DNA from: an uncultured delta proteobacterium
Lineage (GTDB): Bacteria > Desulfobacterota > Binatia > Binatales > Binataceae
Direction: 5' to 3'
Length of the DNA stretch: 64,000 bases
NCBI GenBank assembly: GCA_963747845.1
Contig: CAVVGR010000008.1
Coordinates: forward strand, 65,091 to 129,090
The translations under genes and the position numbers were made by a program. Of the stretch, positions 28,128 through 37,761 are shown piece by piece. The notes below the pieces were generated by a model. That model made no database searches. It was not told where the DNA came from and saw only the letters and a list, made by a program, of their open reading frames with translations. Each line of letters starts with the position of its first letter. Position 1 is the first letter of the stretch.

Positions 28128-28193
28128 CTCGCGAAACTACCTGATCGGACCGGCGCCGGTAAGTCGGTGGCGCGGGCCGCCGTGCCCGCGATG

Positions 28194-29267
28194 TTACGCG
28201 CGGATTTCGTAGAGCGCCGAGAACAAGTCGTCGATCGGCAGGCGGCGAAACTGCTTGAACCCCGCCGCCGCGACCAGCTCGCGCGCCTTTTCCTCGCCCA
28301 TGCACGCGCCGATTCCCGCCCCGCCGTGCGCGAGCGACGTTGTCATGCAGTAGAGCGTGCTCATCGAGTACATCATGCGGCCCATCGGGTTGATGTTGTC
28401 CTCGAGCTTCGACGACACGTTCACTTCGACCATCAGGTAAGTGCCGTCGGGCTTGAGCGCGGCGCGAATCGATTTCAGCAGCGCGTCGGGATCGACGGAA
28501 TCGTGCACGACGTCGAAGGTCGAGATGAAATCGAATTGCGCGGCCGGCAGCCGGGTGCAATCGACGACTTCGAATTTGATCCTGTCGCCCAGTCCGGCGG
28601 CCTTCGCGTTTGCGCGCGCACGCTCGAGCGAACCGCCGTGCGCGTCGAAGCCGAAGACCTTGGCCTTGGGAAATGCTGACGCGATCGCGATCGCCGCACG
28701 CCCGCTGCCACAGCCAACGTCGAGCGACGAGCCGCCTTCGGTCAGCTTCGCGACAACTTGCGGCATCGTCGGCAGCCACTTGCGCACCAGCTGATGCCGG
28801 TACATCGAGGCCGACGAACGCTCCATCGCCTCCCACGTCTCGGGCGGATACTCGCTCTGCGAAACGCCGCGCCCGTTCTTGAAAGATTCGAGCACCTTCG
28901 GCGCAATCGACATTTGCGGCACGATCATCTCGATGAAGCCGCCGGCGAAGAACGGCGAGTCGTCGCGCGCGAGCACCATCGCATGCTCAGCCGGCATCGC
29001 GTAGGTTTTCGCCGACGCGTCGTAGTTCACGTAGCCGGCCGCGGTCATCGCGCCCAGCCATTCGCGCAGATAGCGCTCGCTGAGGCCGGTTTTTTCCGCG
29101 AGCTGCGTGCTGGTGACCGCACCGGCCTGCGCGAGCGTGCTGAAAATTCCGAGGCGGTCGCCGATATAGCTCAGCGCCCCGAGCATCGCGGCGCCGATGT
29201 CAGTCGAAACCTGCTTCGAGAATTTTTTGATCTTGTCCCAATCGAGCTGCTGCTTGTCGTCGGCCAT
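28194..29267 (-). CDS. SAM-dependent methyltransferase with N-terminal winged-helix domain
   Basis: ORF trimmed to MADDKQQLDW at 29267. Motif I is LDVGCGSGRAA. Confidence 0.78.
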   Translation of the reverse strand: MADDKQQLDWDKIKKFSKQVSTDIGAAMLGALSYIGDRLGIFSTLAQAGAVTSTQLAEKTGLSERYLREWLGAMTAAGYVNYDASAKTYAMPAEHAMVLARDDSPFFAGGFIEMIVPQMSIAPKVLESFKNGRGVSQSEYPPETWEAMERSSASMYRHQLVRKWLPTMPQVVAKLTEGGSSLDVGCGSGRAAIAIASAFPKAKVFGFDAHGGSLERARANAKAAGLGDRIKFEVVDCTRLPAAQFDFISTFDVVHDSVDPDALLKSIRAALKPDGTYLMVEVNVSSKLEDNINPMGRMMYSMSTLYCMTTSLAHGGAGIGACMGEEKARELVAAAGFKQFRRLPIDDLFSALYEIRA

Positions 29268-29322
29268 CGTTCTCCTCCGGTGACGGGCAGTATCGATCAA
29301 TTCAGGCGTCCGCGGCTAGCGC

Positions 29323-31707
29323 TCAGATTTCGGGCTCCGCATTGGGCGTTTCGGTTTTGGCGGGCGGGGGGCCGAACAGCGATAGCTGCGCGGGATTGTC
29401 GGCGGTTTCAGTCACCGGCACGAACAGGCCCGGGCGCTCGACGAATATCCGGAATTTTTCGTAAAGGTCGGCGAGCTTGAACTGGTAGTACTCGACGTTT
29501 TCGTCGGGAGCGTTCGGATCGTACTCTGCCGCCATCTTTGCGAATGCGTTCACGCTCGCGGTCCAACGGCGGCCGGTGACGTAGTAAGAAATCTGGTCGC
29601 CGGCGAGGTACGGCCGCTCGGCCTTGAGCGCGAGTTCGTAGGCGGCCGCGAGATTGCGGCTGTTGTCGCCAATCTTGCTGCGATAAGTGTCGAGCGAATC
29701 CTGCAGCGTCTCGGTCTTCATCAGATCGGCGATTCCGATTTCGTGGCGGGCGAGACGCGCGCGATATTCCTCGAGCAGTTTCGGAACTTCGCCGCGACGA
29801 TCCTCGAGTAGCAGGCGGAACATCTGTTCCATGAAGCGGCGCTGAAAGCGTTCGAGGCCGCGCGAACGCAGGCCGGAGCCGCGAATCGTCATCTTGCCCG
29901 CGTCGTCACGCAGCACGTAATTTTTCATCTTGTAGGAGAACATCGCGGCGTAACGGCCGTCGAGCTCGAGCCGGATTCCCTCGGGCATGATTGCTCCGAC
30001 CTGCTCCAGGAGCGCCTCTGCGCCCTTGTCGTCGGCCGCATCGGGCGGAGGCACGAAATAAATTCCGTCGGTGTCGACCTCGATCACCTGCGCACCGCGA
30101 TCCTCGAGTTCGGTGACGGCGCGCTGAATCAGGTCGCGCCCGCGCTTGGTCAATGCGTTCGCTTCGTTGAAGTCGTTGAAATGCCCGAGCGAAAATCCGA
30201 GATAGCCGTAAAATGAATTGATCAGAATCTTGAACGTGAGCTGGAGCGCGTCGGCGTTGCGCCGCTCGGCGCCGCTGAGTTCGCGCGCGAGCGCTTTGGC
30301 CTGCACGCGGAAGCTGCGCAGATCGCCGAGCAGCTTCAGAAAAACACCGAGGCGATCGGCCGCCGGCGCATGCCGATATTGCAGCATCAGCGACGGATAC
30401 AGCGAGGTCACGTCGCAGTGCAGGACGCCATGCGCAACGCCGCATCGGCGCACCTCGGTATATCCGCCCGCGACCGGCGCGGGCGGCGACGGCTCGGGAA
30501 TCGAATGCCCGGCGGCCAGGTACGCGCGCAGCATGAGCGCATCAATCTTGGTCGCGTTTCCGCGCAGCACCGCGCTCTGGTACGAGTACGGAAAAATCTG
30601 CGCCTGCACGAAGTAGCTGGGGGAGAGGGTCTCCGCGAGCGCGCGCGTCTCGCGAGCGTCGTCGAGCGCGTACTCGTAAAGCTTGTCGGGTTCGTGCTCG
30701 AAGTAGTGGCTGATCTTCGACGCGTCGATATAGACGCGGTCCTTGCGCGCCAGCCCGAAGTGTTGCGCAAGCTGCTTGAGTCCCAGGCTCTCGAGCTCGC
30801 GGCTCGAAATATCGTAGTGCTGCGCGAGGATCCACGTATCGATAATGTTGCGGCCGGGGATGTCGTAGCGGCGATACGCGATCGAGCGCTCCGCGATTTG
30901 CATCCGCGACGGCCGCGCACGAAGCTCGCCGCCGTCGCGTCCCAGCTTGAGCGGCACGCGATGGCGCCGCGCGCGCGTCTCGAGGTATTCGAGATCGAAG
31001 CGAAACAGGTTGTGCCCCTCGACCACGTCGGGGTCGCGCTCCTGGACGATGCGCACCATCTCCTCGAGCATCGCGCGCTCGTCCATCTCGGTGCCCTTGA
31101 GCAGGCGCTCGAAACCGGTCGAGTCGGTGAGCGAAATCGCGATGACCCGGTCGCCCTCGCGCGCCGCCGACGGAAATTCAAAGCCGGGCGAGATGTAGGT
31201 CTCGATGTCGAGCTGCAGGCGGCGCAGCTCGCTGAAATCCATGCCGATGAAGTACGTGGTCCCGGTCAGCATCAGATGCTGCTCGACCGGATCGGCCAGC
31301 ACCAGATACGGCGCGTCGGGCGCATTCGGCGGCTTGTCAGTTACGTTGCGCAGATGGCGCCGGGCGGCTTCCAGAGCGTCCATCGAGTTGAAGGTCACGA
31401 GCACGCGGTAGCGGAAATCGCCGTCGAGCACGCGCGTCTCGTGCGGCGCCTTGAAACCTTCGAGCAGGGCGACGTTCTCGACCAGCGCAAACAGACGAAT
31501 CGGACGGCGCTCGCGCGTCAGCTTGCCCGACACGCGCTTGTACACGTCGATCTCGGTCTTCGATGCGACTTCGACCGCGACCACGCCCGAATCGACGGGA
31601 TCGCCGAACAGCAGGCGGTTGCTGTAAAACTGCGCCGAGATTTCCTGGTACGTGGTCATGACGAGTTGCGTATTTCGATTGTGCACCCGCGCGGTCGCAT
31701 CAGACAA
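29323..31707 (-). CDS. polB: family B DNA polymerase (DNA polymerase II)
   Basis: Exo I LDIETY, Exo II NLFRFDLEYL, motif A DVTSLYPSLM, motif B KILINSFYGYLG, motif C VIEVDTDGIYF. Confidence 0.9.
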   Translation of the reverse strand: MSDATARVHNRNTQLVMTTYQEISAQFYSNRLLFGDPVDSGVVAVEVASKTEIDVYKRVSGKLTRERRPIRLFALVENVALLEGFKAPHETRVLDGDFRYRVLVTFNSMDALEAARRHLRNVTDKPPNAPDAPYLVLADPVEQHLMLTGTTYFIGMDFSELRRLQLDIETYISPGFEFPSAAREGDRVIAISLTDSTGFERLLKGTEMDERAMLEEMVRIVQERDPDVVEGHNLFRFDLEYLETRARRHRVPLKLGRDGGELRARPSRMQIAERSIAYRRYDIPGRNIIDTWILAQHYDISSRELESLGLKQLAQHFGLARKDRVYIDASKISHYFEHEPDKLYEYALDDARETRALAETLSPSYFVQAQIFPYSYQSAVLRGNATKIDALMLRAYLAAGHSIPEPSPPAPVAGGYTEVRRCGVAHGVLHCDVTSLYPSLMLQYRHAPAADRLGVFLKLLGDLRSFRVQAKALARELSGAERRNADALQLTFKILINSFYGYLGFSLGHFNDFNEANALTKRGRDLIQRAVTELEDRGAQVIEVDTDGIYFVPPPDAADDKGAEALLEQVGAIMPEGIRLELDGRYAAMFSYKMKNYVLRDDAGKMTIRGSGLRSRGLERFQRRFMEQMFRLLLEDRRGEVPKLLEEYRARLARHEIGIADLMKTETLQDSLDTYRSKIGDNSRNLAAAYELALKAERPYLAGDQISYYVTGRRWTASVNAFAKMAAEYDPNAPDENVEYYQFKLADLYEKFRIFVERPGLFVPVTETADNPAQLSLFGPPPAKTETPNAEPEI

Positions 31708-31722
31708 CGCTCATGCGCGGGT

Positions 31723-32742
31723 TTAGAGCGTGCCGAGGTAGACGAGGCCAACGATGAAAGTCGCGTACGCCGCGCCGCCGATCATCAGCGTCGGCGTTCC
31801 GAGCTCCGAATCGCGCAGGTTGATATAGAGAATCACGACCGAGGCGAGCGCAATCGCGCCGGCGAGCAGCTCGGGATTAGTCAGGTGCCACGGCGAGAAC
31901 GCGAGGCCGAGCGCAACCGGGATGCATGACTGGAAGACCATCGCGCCCGTGATGTTGGCGAGCGCGAGATGGTCCTTGCCCTGCCGAATCCAGACGACAG
32001 AGTTGTATTTTTCGGGCAGCTCGGTCGCGAGCGGGCTCAACATGAGCGAGAGCACGCCGGGGTTCAGGTGCGCCTGCGCGGAGAACAGGATGATCTTGTC
32101 GACGAACTCGACGGCGCCGAGCAGGATGGCCAGCACGCCGACCGTGACTTGCGCGGCGATTGCAAATCCGCGCGGCTCGAGCCCGTTCCCGCGGAAGATC
32201 GATTCGAAATAAAGTCCGTGCTCGACCTCGGCGCCGGCCGCGCGCTTGAGCCGCAGCATCACGACCGTGTAGCTCGCGTACACTATCAACAGTGCGACCG
32301 CGAGGACGTGGCGAAGTGTCGGGCCCACGTCGAGCGTGCCTGCGATCACCAGGCAAAGGAAAACCGGGAAGAAGAAGGCGAGGTCGCGGCGCGCGTCCTC
32401 GCGCACAACGCGCAGCGCGATACGTCCGCGACGCTTGCGAAATGCGAGCGCGGCGATGCCCATCACGAACAGTGCCACCGTCGAGAGCATCAGCGGTGCG
32501 CCGACGATCGCGCCGAGTCCGACCGCGGTGTGCGCCGACGCGGTGTCGCGGCCGGTCAGCAGCGCGACCGCCGGGATGAACGTCTCCGGCAGTGCGGTGC
32601 CGACGGCGGCGAGCAGGCTGCCGACGGCGGCCTCGGCAATATGCAAGCGATGCCCGGCCCATTCGACGCCATTGGTAAAAAGTTCCGAACCGACGAGGAT
32701 GATCGCGAAGCTGAGCGCCAGGATTATCGCTTGAATTGCCAA
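31723..32742 (-). CDS. Ca2+/cation antiporter (CaCA, YrbG-like)
   Basis: TTG start. Two alpha-repeats, GTALPETF and LATELPEKY. About 10 TM segments. Confidence 0.8.
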   Translation of the reverse strand: MAIQAIILALSFAIILVGSELFTNGVEWAGHRLHIAEAAVGSLLAAVGTALPETFIPAVALLTGRDTASAHTAVGLGAIVGAPLMLSTVALFVMGIAALAFRKRRGRIALRVVREDARRDLAFFFPVFLCLVIAGTLDVGPTLRHVLAVALLIVYASYTVVMLRLKRAAGAEVEHGLYFESIFRGNGLEPRGFAIAAQVTVGVLAILLGAVEFVDKIILFSAQAHLNPGVLSLMLSPLATELPEKYNSVVWIRQGKDHLALANITGAMVFQSCIPVALGLAFSPWHLTNPELLAGAIALASVVILYINLRDSELGTPTLMIGGAAYATFIVGLVYLGTL

Positions 32743-33165
32743 AATTTCTGCTCAGAGGGAGGCGGAGCAGCGTCGAGAATAGAGATGCAGGCTGCCGATT
32801 TCCAGCGCGCGTTCATTTTCGCGCATCTCGGCTCAGTTTCACGGGAATATTATCCGCGCCGCTACAGCCAAACCGCGAAACGATGCATATAATATTCATG
32901 GTGGCCATCGACGAGCGGATGTCGCGACGTCGCCGATGATTCGCCCGATATTCGCAGCAGAAGGTAGTACGTCAACGTTGACTCGCATGATGTCGGTCCT
33001 TAGACTGGTGCTTTGGTGTCGCTCACTTGCCTTTGTATTCTCGTCTGTATAAATGAGGCTACCTGATTCCCCGGCTCGCGGCCGCGACGACGGCCGCATT
33101 GCGCGTCAATTTTTCAGGTTCGATCGGTCGACTGGCAACGTCCGCGCAAAACGGAAGCAAAAAGA

Positions 33166-34929
33166 ATGAAGCAGAAGTACGAAGGTAAGGACCTACAGGG
33201 TCTGGTCGATCTCGGGCGCGAACAGGGCTACCTGACCTTCGAGCAGGTCAACGATTACCTGCCGCAGGATGTTGCCTCGCCCACCGACCTGCGCGCCGCG
33301 CTGGACAGCTTCGAGGACCTCGATATCAAGGTGCTCGAGGAAGTCCCGACCGAAGGGGCCGACGAAGTCGAAGTCGACGGCAAGGAAGAGCCCGAAGAGG
33401 CGCCCGAGGCCGCGCCCGCGGCGACGGATTCGCTGGGCGAGTCGTCGGACCCGGTCCGGCTGTACCTCAAGGAGATGGGCAACTTCCAGCTTCTGTCGCG
33501 GGAGCAGGAAGTCGAGATTGCCAAGCGCATCGAAGCCGGCGAGAACGAGGTCGAAGAGGAAGTGCTGGGCTCGCCGATCACGCTCGATTTCGTGATTCGA
33601 GTAGGTGAACGCGTCGAGCTGGGCGAAGCCGATCTGCGCGACGTCTTCGAGGATGCGGCCGAAACGCCGGACGATCCCGATGAAGAGCGCGGTCCCGAGG
33701 CCGACGAGCGCCAGCTCAAGAAGCTCAGCGTCGCGACCAAGAAGCTGACCGATCTGCGCACCAAGATCGAGGCGCTCGAGGAAGAACTTCACAACAAGCC
33801 CGGTCCGCGCCGCAAGCCCAAGCTGGACAAGGATCACGCGCGGCTAAGCGAGCGGGTAAAGAAAGAATTGCGCGCGATGGGATTGTCGCGCCGCCTGATG
33901 GAAGCGGTGATCGGCGAGATGCGCGATTTCCTGCAGCAGTACCGCATCGCGCAGCACACCATCGCGAAATACGAAGAGGCGACCGGGCGCTCGCGCACGC
34001 ATCTGCTCAAGGAAGCAGCCGAGGCCGAGGATCGCCGCCACGTCCTCAAGATAAACGACGTGCGCGAAAACCTGCTCGATATCGCGGCACGGATTCGCCT
34101 CGCGCAGAAGACGATTCGCGAAGTCGAGAAGAAGGCCAAGGACGACGGCGAAGAGTACGCGCGCAAGCTCGAGACGATTGCGGCGGGACAGGATAAGAGC
34201 CGTCGCGCGAAGAAGGAGCTGACCGAGGCCAACCTGCGCCTCGTCGTCAGCCTCGCCAAGCGCTACACCAATCGCGGGCTTGGCTTTCTCGACCTCATCC
34301 AGGAAGGCAACATCGGCCTGATGCGCGCGGTGGACAAGTTCGAGTATCAGCGCGGCTACAAATTTTCGACTTACGCGACGTGGTGGATTCGGCAGTCGAT
34401 GTCGCGCGCGATCGCCGACCAGGGCCGTACCATTCGCATCCCGGTGCACATGGTCGAGACCATCAACAAGCTGCTCCGCGTCACGCGGCTGCTGGTGCAG
34501 AGGCTTGGGCGCGAGCCGGGCCCCGAGGAAATCGCCGAGCAGATGGAAATGCCGCTGGACAAGGTGCAGAAGGTGCTCAAGATCGTAAAGGAACCGATTT
34601 CGCTCGAAACGCCGATCGGCGACGAAGAAGAAAGTTCACTCGGCGATTTCGTCGAGGACGAGCTCGCGCCTTCGCCCGTCGAGGCCGCAATCCAGGGCAA
34701 CCTGGGCGAGCAGACGCGCAAGGTGCTCGCGACGCTGACGCCGCGCGAGGAGCAAATCCTGCGCATGCGCTTCGGCATCGGGCAGAAAACCGACTACACG
34801 CTCGAGGAAGTCGGCAAGCAGTTCGCCGTAACGCGCGAGCGCATCCGCCAGATCGAGGCGAAGGCGCTGCGCAAGCTGCGGCAGACTGGCCGATCACGCA
34901 ACCTCGAAGGCTTCCAGGAACGCGAGTAG
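33166..34929 (+). CDS. rpoD: RNA polymerase primary sigma factor
   Basis: Regions 1.1 to 4.2 recognisable: [83 protein letters not shown]. Confidence 0.95.
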   Translation: MKQKYEGKDLQGLVDLGREQGYLTFEQVNDYLPQDVASPTDLRAALDSFEDLDIKVLEEVPTEGADEVEVDGKEEPEEAPEAAPAATDSLGESSDPVRLYLKEMGNFQLLSREQEVEIAKRIEAGENEVEEEVLGSPITLDFVIRVGERVELGEADLRDVFEDAAETPDDPDEERGPEADERQLKKLSVATKKLTDLRTKIEALEEELHNKPGPRRKPKLDKDHARLSERVKKELRAMGLSRRLMEAVIGEMRDFLQQYRIAQHTIAKYEEATGRSRTHLLKEAAEAEDRRHVLKINDVRENLLDIAARIRLAQKTIREVEKKAKDDGEEYARKLETIAAGQDKSRRAKKELTEANLRLVVSLAKRYTNRGLGFLDLIQEGNIGLMRAVDKFEYQRGYKFSTYATWWIRQSMSRAIADQGRTIRIPVHMVETINKLLRVTRLLVQRLGREPGPEEIAEQMEMPLDKVQKVLKIVKEPISLETPIGDEEESSLGDFVEDELAPSPVEAAIQGNLGEQTRKVLATLTPREEQILRMRFGIGQKTDYTLEEVGKQFAVTRERIRQIEAKALRKLRQTGRSRNLEGFQERE

Positions 34930-34951
34930 CGCCCGCTCTCTTCTCTCTAAT

Positions 34952-34994
34952 TTCCGGTCCCCCTTCCACCAGGGGAAGGGGTTAGGGGTTAGGT
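34952..34994 (+). repeat. 43-bp repeat, copy 1 (hairpin CCCCTTCC-ACCAGG-GGAAGGGG plus GTTAGGGGTTAGG)
   Basis: Identical to 37587-37629: TTCCGGTCCCCCTTCCACCAGGGGAAGGGGTTAGGGGTTAGGT. Confidence 0.9.
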
Positions 34995-35058
34995 TTCTGA
35001 GGCGCTCGCACCCGACCCGCATCTCTTTTGTGCTACGAAGTCGGCTGAGGCTCATCGC

Positions 35059-36444
35059 ATGACCACTCCGCCGAACATCATCCTGATCCTCGCCGACGAC
35101 ATGGGCTACGGCGATTTCGGATGCTTCAACTACGGCGCGTCGCGCACGCCCACGCTCGACCATCTCGTCAGCGACGGCGTATCCCTGACGCAGCACTACT
35201 CCGCGTCTCCCGTTTGCGCGCCCGCGCGAGCCTCGCTGATGACGGGCCGCTATCCGCATCGCACCGGCGTTATCGACACGCTCGAAACGCGCGGGCTCGA
35301 CCGTCTCGCACTTCGTGAGCTGACTGTCGCCGAGCTGCTCAAGCGCGCGGGCTACGCGACTGGGCTCGTCGGCAAATGGCATAACGGCGCGTACGATTCG
35401 CGCTACCATCCCAACCGCCGTGGCTTCGACGAGTTCGCCGGATTCTCCGGCGGATGGCAGCCCTACTACCAGTGGAATCTCGATCGCAACGGCTCTATCT
35501 CGCGCGGCGACGGCCGCTATCTGACCGACGTCTTCACCGACGAGGCGACGGAGTTCATCCGGCGCCATCGCGGCGAGCCGTTTTTTCTCCATCTCGCGTA
35601 CAACGCGCCGCATTTCCCGTTCGAGGTGCCCGAGGCCGACGCCGCGCCCTACAAGGCCAGCGGCAACTTCACGCCCGCCGTCAGCCAGATCTACGCGATG
35701 ATCGAATGCATGGATCGCGGAATCGCGCGCGTGCTCGACGCGCTCGATCAAATCAGGGTCTGAGCCGACAACACGATCGTGATGTTCTCGAGCGACAACG
35801 GTCCGCAGTTCGGCGGCAAGGGCGAGATGTGCACCGACCGCTTCAACTGCGGCTTCGCGGGCGCCAAGACGCTCGTTTACGAGGGCGGAATCCGCCTGCC
35901 GATGGTCATCCGCTGGCCGGCCGGACTCGACGGCCGCCGCCAGGTGCATGAGATGATTCATTTCACCGACTGGCTGCCGACGCTTCTCGCGCTTGCGGGC
36001 GCCGAGCCGCCGCGCGATCTGAAGCTCGACGGAATCGACGTCAGTCCAACGCTGCAGGGCGAGCGCGGCAAAGTCCCGACTGAGCGTTTCTGGCAATGGA
36101 ATCGCTACACGCCCGACGGCGAATGCAACGCGGCGATGCGCGACGGCCGCTGGAAGCTGGTGCGCCCCGCGATTCGCGAGCTGATGCAAGTGTCGAACGA
36201 AGACCTCGCGATGGACGTGCAGTCGAAGTACAACCCGGAAAATTTCCACGACATCTCGCACTCGCCCGAGCCCGAGCGCATCAAGCCAGTGCCGCCCCCA
36301 GCGCAGCTCTTCGACATCGTCAGCGACCCCTTCGAGCGAATCGATCTCGCCGCGCGCGAACCCGAGCGTGTATCGCGGATGACCAACGCGCTGGCGTCAT
36401 GGTTCGAAGACGTCGAGCAGGACCGCCGCGCGATTCACGATTAA
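35059..36444 (+). pseudogene. arylsulfatase (Cys-type), interrupted by an in-frame TGA at 35761-35763
   Basis: ILADDMGYGD, formylglycine motif SPVCAPARASLMTGR. ...LDALDQIRV*ADNTIVMFSSDNGP... The two ORFs 35059..35763 and 35779..36444 are in the same frame. Confidence 0.85.
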
Positions 36445-36469
36445 TTGGGAAATATCGAGACGCTCAATC

Positions 36470-37477
36470 TCAATCGCAGTTTCCGGCTGGGCTCCTGACC
36501 TTGGCGATTCCGCCGTTCACCACCGTGCAGGTTGGCGGGTTGATGTCGCTGCCACGAGCTGTAGAGCCTTTGGTCGCGATGGCCGTTACGACACTCCCGG
36601 ATTTGAAACAAGCTGTTCCGACGACACTCCCTGAACCCGAAGCGGTCGCGGACGTGTCGCACGCCGCCAACGCGTCCGCCTCGACATTCGCCCCTCCGCT
36701 CCCGGTACCTGTCGCGGTCCCGCCTTCGTCTGCGGCGGCGTTCACGATGCTTCCTGCTCCGCTCGCATTGCTGGTTGCGTTCCCGCCTCCGCCAAGAATT
36801 ACAGAATTAGCCTGAGCGCTCGCGTCCTTCGCCGTCGCGACCGCATCACCTCCACCCGAGGCGGTGATCTCCGCCGTGGCGTCAGCTCCGCCCTTGGCGG
36901 TTGAAGTAACCGTGCCGCCGCCGCTTACTTCAATCAGCGCGATCGCCTCGCTGTCGTCGCCTTTGGCGGTCGCCTTGGATGTACCGCCTAACGCCTGCGA
37001 AGTCGCCACCGACTCGTTTCCTTTCACGCTTGCCTTGGCGTTGCCGCCGTCGTCGGCCGAGGCTGAGGCATCGGAGTCGTCTCCCGACGCGCTGCTGACA
37101 CCCATGCTGTCGTCTTGCGATACGGTGAACGCCTGCGCGTCCGTGCCTTTCGCGGATGCCTCGGAGTTGCCGCCGGTAAGTGCATTCGCCTGTGCATCGG
37201 CGTCCTCACCCGACGCGGAACTCTTGGCCGTACTGCCGTCTTCCGCGTCCGACAACGCCGTGCCGAGGTCCGACGCTTTGGCCGTCGCCTTGTTGGGTGC
37301 GCCGGTTTCGGCATCGCAGGAAACCCCGGTACCGTCGGCGTTCATTTTTCCGACGTTGGTGCTGGTCTCCGAGCATGACTCCTTGTCCGAGTGCGCGAAC
37401 GCGTCGGTCCGAGTCATCGTGAGAGCCAGCACGAGCAACGCTATCGCCACAGCCATCTGAACGATTCGTGTCTGCAT
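36470..37477 (-). CDS. secreted Ala/Ser/Gly/Asp/Thr-rich repetitive protein, possible beta-solenoid
   Basis: Signal peptide MQTRIVQMAVAIALLVLALTMTRTDAFA. About 20 short periodic units (A-x-A-x-G-[GD]-x-S/T-x-A type). Cys pairs near both ends. Confidence 0.6.
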   Translation of the reverse strand: MQTRIVQMAVAIALLVLALTMTRTDAFAHSDKESCSETSTNVGKMNADGTGVSCDAETGAPNKATAKASDLGTALSDAEDGSTAKSSASGEDADAQANALTGGNSEASAKGTDAQAFTVSQDDSMGVSSASGDDSDASASADDGGNAKASVKGNESVATSQALGGTSKATAKGDDSEAIALIEVSGGGTVTSTAKGGADATAEITASGGGDAVATAKDASAQANSVILGGGGNATSNASGAGSIVNAAADEGGTATGTGSGGANVEADALAACDTSATASGSGSVVGTACFKSGSVVTAIATKGSTARGSDINPPTCTVVNGGIAKVRSPAGNCD

Positions 37478-37586
37478 AGACGTCCCCTGCCGCCAACGCT
37501 TTAACAAAGGAACAAGCGACCGACAAATGGTAATGAAGAAAACTGTGCGAAATTTCTGTCAGCATACGACCGAATCGTTCTTTCCA

Positions 37587-37629
37587 TTCCGGTCCCCCTT
37601 CCACCAGGGGAAGGGGTTAGGGGTTAGGT
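37587..37629 (+). repeat. 43-bp repeat, copy 2
   Basis: Identical to 34952-34994. Confidence 0.9.
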
Positions 37630-37761
37630 CGCTATAATCGACCTCAATGCTCTCCAGGCGCGGAGGTCCCAGTTCCGCGCATGGATTGAATTCATCCGCG
37701 GTGGTCTGATTTAAGAGTCTGCACAGGCACCTTTGCCGCCGGCTTTTCTGATGGAGCGCAC

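Noticed and set aside
28128-28193. Cobalamin riboswitch upstream of the btuF-like importer operon
   Set aside because: The spacer is only 66 nt, far too short for a B12 element, and no B12-box-like sequence was seen.
32971-32982. Perfect 12-bp palindrome GTCAACGTTGAC in the 423-bp spacer upstream of rpoD
   Set aside because: Palindromes of this size are expected several times by chance in 64 kb, and there is no second copy or obvious promoter relationship. The spacer also showed no tRNA-like or known RNA features (the GGTTCGATC at about 33116 lacks a T-arm context).
35761-35763. Selenocysteine (or other recoding) at the sulfatase TGA
   Set aside because: The position is a variable surface residue rather than a redox site, I saw no obvious SECIS-like hairpin right after it, and many genes in the window terminate with TGA. 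A sequence error or nonsense mutation is more likely.
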